Notes: generated by a model not told the origin, from the sequence alone. Positions 37,427 to 46,923 are shown, counted from the first letter of the stretch. The stretch is DNA of 64,000 nucleotides from Myxococcota bacterium (GCA_044344255.1 JBIJDH010000013.1:158422-222421); one strand, 5' to 3'. Program-made: numbers and translations.

Positions 37427-38521
37427 ATGGACATCGGCCTGCTCAACGACCGGCACTCTCCCCTCCCCTTCCCGGCCGAAGGTCGGGTCGCGCTCACCCC
37501 CCGCGGCGTGACCGAGCTCACCGCGGCCGGCCACACCGTCTGGGTGGAGCGCGGCGCCGGCGAGCGAGCCGGCTACCCCGACGACGACTTCTCCCACGCC
37601 GGCGCCCACCTCGTGAGCCGCCGCGCGGAGCTGCTGGGCCGAAGCGCGTTGATCGTCGGCCTCGGCTGGCTCTCCGCCGATGAGGCCCTGCGCCTCGAGG
37701 CCCGCACCGTCGTGCTGTCGATGCAGCGCCTCGACCTCGCCCCCGCCGAGCTGCGCCGGGTCTTCCGAGAGCGGGATCTCATCTCGATCAGCGCCGATCG
37801 CCTCACCGATGGGCACGGCCACTACCCGATCATCGCCCGGATGAGCGAGCTCGGCGGCGCCTTGGCCCCCCAGATCGCCGCCCGCCTCTGTGAGAGCCGG
37901 GGCGAGGGCCGCACCGGCGTGCTGCTCACGCGCATCGTCGGCCTCGCCCCCGCGGAGATCGTGATCATCGGCGCCGGGACCCTCGGGCTCGCGGCCGCGC
38001 GAGGCTTCGCCGCTCTGGGCGCCAGCGTCCACCTCTTCGACAAGGACCTCGGCCGGCTCGAGGCCATCGCCCCTACCCTCCCTGCCAACTTGAGCACGGA
38101 GATCGCCCACCCCGAGGCACTCGACAAGGCGATCCGCTTCGCCAACGTGCTCGTCTTGGCGGTGCGGGTGCCCGGTGAGCGCGCGCCCCTGCTGTTGAGC
38201 GACGCCGCGGTGCGCTCGATGCGCCCGGGCGCGGTGCTGCTCGACTTCTCGGTGGATGAGGGGGGCGCCGCGGCGACCGTCCGGCCGATCCAGGGCCCCG
38301 AGGAGGCCTACCTCGTACATCGGGTGGTCCACTTCACGATGCCCAATTCCCCCTCGATGGTGGCCCGCACCGCCTCCCAGGTCCTCTCCCAGGTCTTGCT
38401 GCCCTTTGTGAACCTGCTCGCCGCCGGCGCTCACCCCACCGCGCACCGCACCTTCGCGCCCGCGGTCTGGTGGGGAGAAGCGCCGGGCATCGAGCCCTTC
38501 CGCTCGGAGGATGACGAATGA
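37427..38521 (+). CDS. Alanine dehydrogenase/PNT-family oxidoreductase with divergent active site
   Basis: EGRVALTP, VERGAG, MSELGG, IIGAGTLG, VPGERAP, MRPGAVLLDFSVDEGG. Confidence 0.8.
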   Translation: MDIGLLNDRHSPLPFPAEGRVALTPRGVTELTAAGHTVWVERGAGERAGYPDDDFSHAGAHLVSRRAELLGRSALIVGLGWLSADEALRLEARTVVLSMQRLDLAPAELRRVFRERDLISISADRLTDGHGHYPIIARMSELGGALAPQIAARLCESRGEGRTGVLLTRIVGLAPAEIVIIGAGTLGLAAARGFAALGASVHLFDKDLGRLEAIAPTLPANLSTEIAHPEALDKAIRFANVLVLAVRVPGERAPLLLSDAAVRSMRPGAVLLDFSVDEGGAAATVRPIQGPEEAYLVHRVVHFTMPNSPSMVARTASQVLSQVLLPFVNLLAAGAHPTAHRTFAPAVWWGEAPGIEPFRSEDDE

Positions 38522-39813
38522 GCGTCTCTGCCCTCTACGCCTCCCGGCGCCGGGATCTCGCCGCTGCCGCCGCCCTCGTCCCCGACGGAGGTTCAATTTA
38601 CGTCTCCGGGAACGCCGCCACACCGCTCGCGCTGCTCCGAGCCTTGGCGGCCCGCACCGACATCACCCAGTGCATCCGGGTCGCCCACGTGCTCCTGCTC
38701 GGCGAAGACCCGCTCGGGGGGCGGGATGGCGGCGGGCGCTTCCGGCACCACGCCTGGTTCGTGGGGCCCGCCGACCGAAAGAGCGTCGAGATCGGCGCCG
38801 CCGACCACGTGCCCGTTCACCTCCATCGCATCCCGGACGTCATTCGCCGCGGGCCGCCGCTCGACTGCGCGCTGGTGTCTTGCTCACCGCCCGACACCCA
38901 CGGCTTCATGAGCCTCGGCGTCGAGGTGCTCGCCAGCCGCGCGGCGATCGAGCGGGCGCGCACGGTCATCGTTCAGGTCAACGAGGCGATGCCCCGGGTG
39001 CACGGCGACGCCTTCGTACACGTCAGCGAGGCGCACGCCATCGTCGAGCACACCGAGGCGCTCCCTCAGCTCTCGCCTCCTCCGCCGTCGACCGAGCAGC
39101 AGGCCATCGCTCGACACATCGCCGCCCTCATCCCCGACGGCGCGACGCTCCAGCTCGGGATCGGCGGCGTACCCGACGCCGTCCTCCGCCTCGTGACCGA
39201 CCCCACCACCGGCTTCGCGCGCAGCGACCTCGGCATCCACACCGAGATGGTGAGCGACGGGCTGCTCGACGCCGTCAACGCAGGCGCGATCACCGGCCGA
39301 CGAAAGACGCTCCACCCGGGGAAGGTGGTCATCACCTTCGCGATGGGCAGTGAGAAGCTCTACACCTTCCTCCGCGACAACCCGCTCGTCGAGGCCCACC
39401 CCTGCGACTACGTGAACGATCCTGTCGTCATCTCGAAGAACGATAGGATGGTAGCGATCAACTCGGCCCTCTCGGTCGACATCACGGGGCAGGTCAACTC
39501 CGACTCCATCGGCACCCGCATCTACTCGGGCTTCGGCGGGCAGGTGGACTTCATCCGTGGCGCGGCCGCGTCCAAGGACGGCGTGCCGATCATCGCCCTC
39601 CCCTCTACGGCCTCGGGCGGAAAGTACTCTCGGATCGTCCCCACCCTCGCCGTCGGGGCCGGCGTGGTCACGACGCGGGCCGACGTCCACTGGATCGTCA
39701 CCGAGTTCGGCGCCGTGAACCTCTACGGTCGCTCACTCCGGGAGCGGGCGGAGCTGCTCACCTCGATCGCCCACCCGAGCTTCCGGGAGCTCCTCGCGCA
39801 GCCGCGCGGCTGA
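38518..39813 (+). CDS. Acetyl-CoA hydrolase / 4-hydroxybutyrate CoA-transferase family protein
   Basis: SPPDTHGFMSLG, DGATLQLGIGGVPDAV, DLGIHTEM, SGFGGQVDFIRGA, IVTEFG, IAHP; ATGA overlap. Confidence 0.93.
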   Translation: MSVSALYASRRRDLAAAAALVPDGGSIYVSGNAATPLALLRALAARTDITQCIRVAHVLLLGEDPLGGRDGGGRFRHHAWFVGPADRKSVEIGAADHVPVHLHRIPDVIRRGPPLDCALVSCSPPDTHGFMSLGVEVLASRAAIERARTVIVQVNEAMPRVHGDAFVHVSEAHAIVEHTEALPQLSPPPPSTEQQAIARHIAALIPDGATLQLGIGGVPDAVLRLVTDPTTGFARSDLGIHTEMVSDGLLDAVNAGAITGRRKTLHPGKVVITFAMGSEKLYTFLRDNPLVEAHPCDYVNDPVVISKNDRMVAINSALSVDITGQVNSDSIGTRIYSGFGGQVDFIRGAAASKDGVPIIALPSTASGGKYSRIVPTLAVGAGVVTTRADVHWIVTEFGAVNLYGRSLRERAELLTSIAHPSFRELLAQPRG

Positions 39814-39824
39814 ACGAGCGAGGC

Positions 39825-40397
39825 TCAGGCCAGCCCACCGAGGCCGGCCGCGCCGCGGGGGCCAGCGGAGTCTAGGGCCTCCTCCGGCAGGCCCACCGCG
39901 AGGGTGAGGCTGCCGCCACGAAAGAGGCGGACGTCGAATCGGAACTCATCGGCCTCCCAGCGCACGTCCTGCACGCGCCCCCGCTCCGGACCCACCTGGA
40001 CGGGGTGCCCTGGCGGGAGCGGCGACTTCCAGGCGGGCTCGTGGATGGCACGCCCCGCTGCCCGCCAGGGCTGGAGGCCGCCCAGGCTCGGGCCGACCTC
40101 GGGGTGGCCGGCGGCGCACAGCGCGGCCGCGAGGGCCACCGCCGCCTCGTCGGAGTCGGCGACGACCCGCAGCGGGCGCGGCAAGGCGCTGACGTGGGCG
40201 ACGGCCTCGGCCGGTGAGAGGAGGATGGCGCCGGTGACGATGCCGATCGAGAGGCGCTCTCCCGCGCGAACATCGAGGCAGGCCGCCCCCTCCTCGACCG
40301 GAGGCACCGACGGATCGGCGAGCGACGCGACGGGCGGAGCCTGGCGAGGGGCGGCCGGTCGGAGGGCGGCGCGGAGCGCGCGGAGGAGCCGCTTCAT
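39825..40397 (-). CDS. Degenerate rhodanese-like protein with extra C-terminal domain
   Basis: LDVR...GIVTGAILL and LGGLQPWRAAG; no active-site Cys. Confidence 0.55.
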   Translation of the reverse strand: MKRLLRALRAALRPAAPRQAPPVASLADPSVPPVEEGAACLDVRAGERLSIGIVTGAILLSPAEAVAHVSALPRPLRVVADSDEAAVALAAALCAAGHPEVGPSLGGLQPWRAAGRAIHEPAWKSPLPPGHPVQVGPERGRVQDVRWEADEFRFDVRLFRGGSLTLAVGLPEEALDSAGPRGAAGLGGLA

Positions 40398-40443
40398 CCC
40401 CCCGAGGGTAACACGGCGCCTCGCCGGCCCGCCCCACGGCCGC

Positions 40444-40472
40444 TTGACGAGGCCCGGGAGGTGCCATAGAAG
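40444..40472 (+). promoter_or_regulatory. Sigma70-type promoter of tRNA-Thr
   Basis: TTGACG-17 bp-TAGAAG followed by a GC-rich discriminator, 11 bp before the tRNA. Confidence 0.6.
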
Positions 40473-40483
40473 GGCGCCCGTGG

Positions 40484-40559
40484 GCCGGGGTAGCTCAGTT
40501 GGCAGAGCAGCTGTTTCGTAAACAGCAGGTCACGGGTTCAAGTCCCGTCTTCGGCTCCA
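40484..40559 (+). tRNA. tRNA-Thr (CGT)
   Basis: GCCGGGG/CTTCGGC-T-CCA acceptor; GCTGT-TTCGTAA-ACAGC anticodon arm; GTTCAAGT; 76 nt. Confidence 0.96.
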
Positions 40560-40587
40560 CTCCCCTCCCCTCTTTGCGCTCCTGTCG

Positions 40588-42636
40588 GTGGCCGTGAACG
40601 AAGCCAGGCCCGGCGACAGGGAGCTCGAGCGAGGCGCGGAGGGGCACAGCGGCGGCTGGCGCGGTCTCCTCCCCTGGGCGGCGGGCATCGCCGCCCCCGT
40701 GGTGCTTCAGGGGATGGCCCTCTTCAACCCCGACGTGATCATCCTCGACTGTGAGGAGCGGTACAACGCGGCGCACGCGCTCGCCCTGCTCGAGGGGCAC
40801 TGGGCTGAGCTCTTCGCCCTGCAGTACCGCGCCTTTTGTGGCGGCTGCACGGTCGATGCGCTGCTGGGGCTCCTCCCCCTGGCCCTGCTCCCGCCGGTCT
40901 TCTTCACCTGGAAGCTGGTCGCCCTGGGCTGGACCGCCCTCGCGGCGGTCACTGGGGCGCTGGCCCTGCGCCCCCACGACCCGCGAGCCGCAGGCCTCTT
41001 CCTCCTGCTCCTCTCGCTGTGCCCCTGGAATTACCTCCGCCTGTCCCTCCTCTCCTGGGGGAACCACGTCGAGTGTGGCGTGATGGGCCTCCTGCTCCTG
41101 AGCTTGCTCGCCGGGGCGACGAGCCGGCGGCGGCGGATCGCGGCGGGGGTGGTGGGCGGGATCGGGCTCTGGATCGGCTTCACGATGGGGCCGGCGCTGG
41201 TGGCGGGCGCCGTGATGGTGCTCTCCCGGCGCTCGCCGAGGGACGCCCGTGACGCGGCGGCGGGGCTGCTCGTCGCCCCGGTCGCCTGGGGCCTGCAGTG
41301 GCTCGGCGGGGGCGGACAGCCCTTCGGCACGATCTACCGGCCAGGGGAGGCCACCCCGAGTCTCCTGCGGGCGCCGGAGAAGCTGATGAGCCTGATCGAG
41401 CCGCAGCAGCTCGCGGGCCTCTTCGGCCTCCCGAACCCCGCTTGGGGTGTGCCCCTCGGCGTAACGATGCTCCTCTCGCTGCTTGCGGCGGCGGGCTGGG
41501 CGCTCCGACCGGGCGGCGCACCACCGGGGAGCCCCACGCGGGCGGCGGCCCTGTTCCTCGGGGTGTGGCTCGCCGTCTACCTCGTCGTCGGCTTCGCCAT
41601 CGAGCACCCGCCCTGGCCCGAGGTGGGCTCCCCCTCCGGCCTCCGCTATGCGGCCCCGATCTACCTCCCCGCGATGGTGTTGCTCGCGTCAGCGGGGGCC
41701 GCCCTCTCCCGGCGAGCACCGCGTCGCGCGGCCCTGCTGCTCGCCGGCCCCCTCGCCGCCGGCCTCGCCGCCCGCGCCGCGACCTTCACCCCTCCCTTCC
41801 CCACTGACACTCCCCTGCGCCTGCTGGCGGCGGACCCGAGCTACTTCCGCCTCCAGGCGAGCTACGCCCTGCCCCGAGGGGCCCACGAGACCTGCGCGGC
41901 CCCGGCCCCCGCTGCCGCCGTCCACGCCTACGCCCTCGGTCGAGAGGCCGCCCGGGCGCGGCTCGACGAGGGTGCGGCGCTGGATGGGTTGGCGGCGCCC
42001 GACGGGCGACCGGCGGAGCCCTTCTACGAGGGGGTTGGCGGACAGACCGTCGACACCCTCGACGGGGAGGGACAGGCGAGCTTCCTCGTGCTCACCGCGG
42101 CGACGCGGGCCCTGTCGCGCCTGCCACCGCCGGCCGCAGAGGCGGCGATAGACGAGGCCCTGTGGCGGAGGGTCTATCGGGAGAAGGAGTGGAGCCTCTC
42201 CCGGGGAGGTTTAGACGCCGCGGCCCTGCTGCAGAGCCGCCGCCTGCTCCGCTCGAGTGACCCTTCGTTACGGGATGGCTGGCTCGAGGCTCAGGGGCGC
42301 CGGATGGCCCGACAGGCCGCGCGAACCGGCGAGCCCCACCGCGTCCCCTTCCCCAAGGCCGACGCCGTGGGCCTCGAGCCCTTCGCCCGCGGCTTCGGCG
42401 ACGGCCTCGGCGAGGAGTGGGGGCCCGCCGAGCAGGTGCCTCGGCCGCTCGGCCTCCCGGACGCGCTGGCCCCGGCGCTCTTGGAGGGCTATCGCCGCGG
42501 TCAGTCCCGCCAATGGGCGAGTCCGCTGGACACGCTCCCCTCGCTGTCCGACGCGCCCGGGCCCGACCTCGACGCCGACCGCTGGTGGGGGCCGGCGCCG
42601 CCGATGTTGTGTCCCTGCGGCTCCACCTGCGAGTGA
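40588..42636 (+). CDS. Polytopic membrane protein, possibly GT-C-fold glycosyltransferase-like, with soluble C-terminal domain
   Basis: About 10 hydrophobic segments; acidic loop DCEERYN after TM1; SWGNH; LRY motif; C-terminal CPCGSTC. Confidence 0.55.
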   Translation: MAVNEARPGDRELERGAEGHSGGWRGLLPWAAGIAAPVVLQGMALFNPDVIILDCEERYNAAHALALLEGHWAELFALQYRAFCGGCTVDALLGLLPLALLPPVFFTWKLVALGWTALAAVTGALALRPHDPRAAGLFLLLLSLCPWNYLRLSLLSWGNHVECGVMGLLLLSLLAGATSRRRRIAAGVVGGIGLWIGFTMGPALVAGAVMVLSRRSPRDARDAAAGLLVAPVAWGLQWLGGGGQPFGTIYRPGEATPSLLRAPEKLMSLIEPQQLAGLFGLPNPAWGVPLGVTMLLSLLAAAGWALRPGGAPPGSPTRAAALFLGVWLAVYLVVGFAIEHPPWPEVGSPSGLRYAAPIYLPAMVLLASAGAALSRRAPRRAALLLAGPLAAGLAARAATFTPPFPTDTPLRLLAADPSYFRLQASYALPRGAHETCAAPAPAAAVHAYALGREAARARLDEGAALDGLAAPDGRPAEPFYEGVGGQTVDTLDGEGQASFLVLTAATRALSRLPPPAAEAAIDEALWRRVYREKEWSLSRGGLDAAALLQSRRLLRSSDPSLRDGWLEAQGRRMARQAARTGEPHRVPFPKADAVGLEPFARGFGDGLGEEWGPAEQVPRPLGLPDALAPALLEGYRRGQSRQWASPLDTLPSLSDAPGPDLDADRWWGPAPPMLCPCGSTCE

Positions 42637-42669
42637 GCCCGCCTGCGCGCCGCTCCCCGGCGCGGCGTA

Positions 42670-43938
42670 TCAAGCCCGATCGAGGGCCGCCCGCAGCTCC
42701 GCGAGCAGGTCCCGCCAGTCCTCGACGCCCACCGACACCCGCACGAGCGCGTCGGAGACCCCGCACGCGCGCAGCTCCTCCACAGACAGCTCCGAGTGTG
42801 TGGTGGAGGCCGGGTGACAGGCGAGGCTCTCGACGCCGCCCAGGGAGACCGCGTTCTTGATGATGTGCAGGTTTCGCAGCACGTCGTAGGCCGCGGCCTT
42901 CCCGCCCTCGAGCTCGAAGGCGAAGACGCCGCCCGGGAAGTCGCACTGGGCGTCGCGGATGCGGACCTGCTCGGCGTCCGAGAAGAGGGAGGGGTAGTAG
43001 ATACGCGAGATCTTGGGGTGCCCCACAAGGGCCTCGGCGATCTGCTGCGCGCTCTTCGACTGTCGGTTCATGCGCAGGTGGACGGTCGGGAGCCGCCCGT
43101 CGAGCAGCCAGCACTCGTCGGGCTGGAGGATGTTTCCGAGGATGGCCCGGGTCCCGCGGAGGCGGGTGATGAGGTCGGGATCCTTCGCCAGCACCACGCC
43201 GCCCAGCATGTCCGAGAAGCCCGACAGGTACTTCGTGGCCGAGTAGACAGAGAGGTCGGCTCCGAGCGGCAGCGGGTGCTGAAAGGCCGGCCCCATGAAG
43301 GTGTTGTCCACGACGACCAGGGGGCGGTCCCCGCGACGGGATGCGGCGCGCACCGCGTCGGTGATGTCGGTCATGATCAGGGTGGGGTTGGCGGGCGTCT
43401 CGATGAAGACGAGCTTGAGATCCTCCGCGCCCGCGATGGCCGCCCGCAGCGCAGCGGCGTCTCCGGCCGGCGCTGGGATGCCCCGCATCCCCCAGGGCTC
43501 GAGCATCATGTGGATGAGGTGCTGGGTGCCTCCGTAGAGGGGCGTCGTATAGACGAAGCTGCCGCCCGGGGCCCCGAAGGTGGTGAACAGCGTGGAGATC
43601 GCCGCCATGCCAGAGTTGAAGACCGCAGCAGACGTCGCCCCCCGCTCGAGGGGGACCACCTGGTCTTCCAAGATCTCGGCGTTGGGGTGGGAGAGGCGCG
43701 AATAGATGAGATCGACGCTCTCTCCGGGATCGGCCACCTGCCGCCCGAGCGCGATAGAGAAGGCCCGCTCGGCTGCCTCGGGGCTCGAGAAGACGTAGGT
43801 GGAGGATCGAAAGACCGCCGGCCGAGCCGAGCCGACGGAGAGGCGGGGGTCAAAGCCCCGTGTGAGCACCGCGGTGTCGGGCCGGACGACGGGTACGGCG
43901 GTGCGGACCAGATAGGGTGGCCGCTTGGGGGTAGACAC
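42670..43938 (-). CDS. Cys/Met metabolism PLP enzyme (cystathionine gamma-synthase / methionine gamma-lyase family)
   Basis: YSRLSHPN, FNSGMAAI, LYGGT, ETPANPT, VDNTF, YSATKYLSG, AVSLGGVESL, RVSVGVE. Confidence 0.93.
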   Translation of the reverse strand: MSTPKRPPYLVRTAVPVVRPDTAVLTRGFDPRLSVGSARPAVFRSSTYVFSSPEAAERAFSIALGRQVADPGESVDLIYSRLSHPNAEILEDQVVPLERGATSAAVFNSGMAAISTLFTTFGAPGGSFVYTTPLYGGTQHLIHMMLEPWGMRGIPAPAGDAAALRAAIAGAEDLKLVFIETPANPTLIMTDITDAVRAASRRGDRPLVVVDNTFMGPAFQHPLPLGADLSVYSATKYLSGFSDMLGGVVLAKDPDLITRLRGTRAILGNILQPDECWLLDGRLPTVHLRMNRQSKSAQQIAEALVGHPKISRIYYPSLFSDAEQVRIRDAQCDFPGGVFAFELEGGKAAAYDVLRNLHIIKNAVSLGGVESLACHPASTTHSELSVEELRACGVSDALVRVSVGVEDWRDLLAELRAALDRA

Positions 43939-44029
43939 GGGCGCCTCCGGCTCTTGTTGTCGCGCCTGCGCGCGGGGAGCAGCTCATAGCCCGGCGCCAC
44001 GTCGCACAGGGTCGGGCCAGCCGGACTCT

Positions 44030-44089
44030 ATGTCCTAAGTCAGCATGTCCTAAGTCAGCATGTCCCAAGTCAGCATGTCCCAGGTCAGC
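44030..44089. repeat. 4 x 15-bp intergenic tandem repeat ATGTCCYARGTCAGC
   Basis: atgtcctaagtcagc x2, atgtcccaagtcagc, atgtcccaggtcagc; abuts the GNAT stop. Confidence 0.92.
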
Positions 44090-44569
44090 CTACGCGAGGG
44101 CCTTGACCATGCTCAGGTGAGGGATGCCGGCCTCTTCGAAGGGCTCGCCGACGCCCACATAGCCGAGGCCGATGTAAAAGGAGATGGCCTGCTCCTGGGC
44201 AGAGAGGTGAACCTCGGACAAGCCGCGCGCGGCCGCTTCGGCCTCCAAGGCCTCCATCAGCCGCCGCCCGACGCCAGCGCCACGCAGCTCAGCCAAAACG
44301 GCGACCCGCTCGGCCTTGCCCCACTCCGGATCGGGCACCCGGAGGCGCGCCGCCCCCACCGCACGCCCACCGACCAAAGCGAGGAAATGGACGCAGGCGC
44401 CGTCGAGGCCGTCCACCTCGAGGTCCTCGGGGACGGCCTGCTCGACCACGAACACGACGTGGCGGATGGCGAAGCAGTCCGCCAGCCGAGGGTCGTCTCC
44501 GAGGAGGCGCACCACCTGGAGGGGGGCACGCACCACCGGGAGAGGGTCATCAGGGGGGGTGGGGTTCAT
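44090..44569 (-). CDS. GNAT acetyltransferase (YjcF/ElaA-like)
   Basis: IRHVVFVVEQ, ERVAVLAELRGAGVG, LSAQEQAISFY, FEEAGIPH; ATGA overlap gives start 44569. Confidence 0.9.
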   Translation of the reverse strand: MNPTPPDDPLPVVRAPLQVVRLLGDDPRLADCFAIRHVVFVVEQAVPEDLEVDGLDGACVHFLALVGGRAVGAARLRVPDPEWGKAERVAVLAELRGAGVGRRLMEALEAEAAARGLSEVHLSAQEQAISFYIGLGYVGVGEPFEEAGIPHLSMVKALA

Positions 44570-46923
44570 TCGGACCACTCGGCGCGGATCTCATGCGGCA
44601 GCTGCCACACCATGTGGCCCGGCGCGACGTAGGTGTCATTGAGGCGCGTGATGAAGTCGCGCAGCATCGGCGCCGCCGCGGTCTCGGTGCCGTCTGCGTT
44701 GGCGAGGTTGTTGACGAGGCCGATGTCGTGGATGTGGAAGTACCAGGACTGCGGGCCATAGCCTGTCCGGTGGTTGAGCGAGCCGCGGAGCAGCTGCTCG
44801 GCCACGGCGAAGTCTTCCTCGGAGTAGCCCACGGTCCCGTCCACGTTGAAATAATCGACCAGGAAGAGCCCAGAGGACTGCCACTCATAGAGCTTCAGGG
44901 TGGAGGTCGAGACCCCAGGCAGATAGACCACGTCCGAGAAGGCGGAGTCCCGGTCCCAGTCCGCGAAGTGCTCCGGTGCCCAGGCCTCGACGCCGTCCTT
45001 CGGGTACCAGGGCGCCGTGTTCTTGCCGCGGCTGTCGTCGTAGCCCACCTCGGTATAGGCCCAGCACTGTGCGAAGTAGGTCGTGTCGTAGCCGTGGCCA
45101 CCGTCGGCGCGCGCGATGTCACTGTAGGCGCGGATCCAGTCCCACTCCCAGAGGCCGTGGCGATCGGCCGAGATGATGAACTGCCCACCGCCGGGGATGT
45201 TGCGGTCTACGACGACGTTCTTCTCGTCGAGATAGGCGAGGTAGCAGTCGTAGTCGGCCAGATCACAATACTCGGGGTCGTCGGGGAAGCAGCAGCTCGC
45301 CCCGGCCCGGGTGGGGTCACAATAATACTCCGAGGCCCCGCTGCACTCGTCTGGGAAGGAGCCGGACACATCGGCGTTCGTACAGTTGTAGCAGGGGCGG
45401 TTGTGCACCATCGAGCCGAGCAGGAAGCCGGCGTCGGCCAGCTCCTGGAAGATGTCCGTCATGCCGCAGCGCTCGGTCACCAGCGCGAAGTTGTAGGTGA
45501 GCCCGAGCGAGACCGGCACGCCGAGCCCCTTCAACACGGCCGTGTTCGCACGGATCAGGGCGATCTCCCGCTCCACGGAGTCGACGTCGAGGCCGGTGCA
45601 GGGCTTGTCGATGTTCTCGTCGCTCGGCTCCTCGATGTTGACCGCGATGAAAGCCCGGATTGGATCGACACCATCCGGCGCGTGGTCGGGCACGGCCGCC
45701 AGGACTCGGAAGGCCGACTCACCGCCCGCGGGCTTCTGGAAGAGGACGAGGTCCCCCGTGTCGCTCGGCACCGCCATCCCGATGACCGGGGCGCTGAGCT
45801 CGGTGGTCGCGAGCTGCAGGCCGTCCTCGAAGAGGTGCATCACCTGGTTGCCGCTGGTCGTCGCGGTGAGCACGAAGGCCCGCCCGGCCCGGGGCTCCAC
45901 AGCGACCCGGCTGACCGTCCCACCGGCCACCGTGATGAGCGAGGGGGACGCCCCACTCTCCAGCGGTAGGGACAGGAGGGCGCCGTCGACCACGCCATAG
46001 GCCCGGGCGCGGACGGGGTCAATCGCGAGGTCGGTGAGGGCCCCCCCGAAGCTCAAGGTGGCCTCAACGGACAGGTCGACGGGGGACAAGACCTGCAAGC
46101 CGCCGGTCACCCAGTCCTCGACCACCACCGCGCCGCTCGCGAGCACCACCGGCTGCTTCGGGGCCACCGCGGCCGTTCCCTCGGCCTTGACGCTGCCGTC
46201 GGTGTCGGAGATCACGGCCACCTTCCCCGACACGTCCGAGATCAACAGGCCACCCACCGAGGGCAGCCAGGCGCAGCCGCCGCCCCACTCGGCGCCCTCG
46301 GCCAGGGTGGCCGGAATGCGCAGGGGCAGGCTCACCCGGTTGTAGGTGGTGGGCGTGGGGCCCGCGGGATCCGCGTCCACGATCTCGACGGACTTGGTGG
46401 GGCGGATGAGGAAGATCCGCCCACCCTCTGGATCGTGACACCAGGCGCTGACCGGACTCGTGAGCTCAATACGGCCGCTCAGCCAGTCCGGCCCCGACTC
46501 CGCGCAGTCGGGATCGGCGGCGGTGGGGTCAACACACCAGTCGCCGGTCGGGTGGATGTAGGTGTTGGTGACGTACCGTATCGTCAGACCGTCCTGGGAC
46601 AGGGCGTAGGTGTAGTCGGTGAGCGGGCTCGTGAAGGCCCCGGAGATCCCCGTGAAGCCGGGGATCTCACCCGACACGATGTCCGCGATCGTCCAGGTGA
46701 CCGGATCGTCGGGGCCGCCCGAGTCGCCGCCCCCGTCTGTGCCGTCCGCGCCGTCTGCGCCGTCCGACCCGTCTGCGCCGTCTGTCCCATCCGCCGCCGC
46801 CTTGTCCGTCTGTCCGACGCGGTCACACGCGCCGCCCCCGAGGGAGAGGACCCCGAGGGTGAGGACACTGCGGGAGAGGACACTGCGGGAGAGGGCCACG
46901 AGGGAAGTGCGCCGCCAAGACAT
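44566..46923 (-). CDS. Large lipoprotein: DGx linker, beta-propeller, polysaccharide-deacetylase-like barrel with Cys-rich insert
   Basis: GGGAC lipobox-like site; propeller-like repeats; FIAVNIEE, LGVPVSLGL, ELADAGFLLGSMVH, WYFHIHD. Confidence 0.6.
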   Translation of the reverse strand: MSWRRTSLVALSRSVLSRSVLTLGVLSLGGGACDRVGQTDKAAADGTDGADGSDGADGADGTDGGGDSGGPDDPVTWTIADIVSGEIPGFTGISGAFTSPLTDYTYALSQDGLTIRYVTNTYIHPTGDWCVDPTAADPDCAESGPDWLSGRIELTSPVSAWCHDPEGGRIFLIRPTKSVEIVDADPAGPTPTTYNRVSLPLRIPATLAEGAEWGGGCAWLPSVGGLLISDVSGKVAVISDTDGSVKAEGTAAVAPKQPVVLASGAVVVEDWVTGGLQVLSPVDLSVEATLSFGGALTDLAIDPVRARAYGVVDGALLSLPLESGASPSLITVAGGTVSRVAVEPRAGRAFVLTATTSGNQVMHLFEDGLQLATTELSAPVIGMAVPSDTGDLVLFQKPAGGESAFRVLAAVPDHAPDGVDPIRAFIAVNIEEPSDENIDKPCTGLDVDSVEREIALIRANTAVLKGLGVPVSLGLTYNFALVTERCGMTDIFQELADAGFLLGSMVHNRPCYNCTNADVSGSFPDECSGASEYYCDPTRAGASCCFPDDPEYCDLADYDCYLAYLDEKNVVVDRNIPGGGQFIISADRHGLWEWDWIRAYSDIARADGGHGYDTTYFAQCWAYTEVGYDDSRGKNTAPWYPKDGVEAWAPEHFADWDRDSAFSDVVYLPGVSTSTLKLYEWQSSGLFLVDYFNVDGTVGYSEEDFAVAEQLLRGSLNHRTGYGPQSWYFHIHDIGLVNNLANADGTETAAAPMLRDFITRLNDTYVAPGHMVWQLPHEIRAEWSE

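Noticed and set aside
40484..42636. Genomic island integrated at tRNA-Thr (or at tRNA-Leu)
   Set aside because: No integrase, no distal att-like copy noticed and no compositional shift
43939..44029. SAM riboswitch or T-box upstream of the trans-sulfuration gene
   Set aside because: No recognisable conserved aptamer motifs in the short leader
44030..44089. Possible CRISPR array
   Set aside because: 15-bp units are contiguous with no spacers, and there are no cas genes
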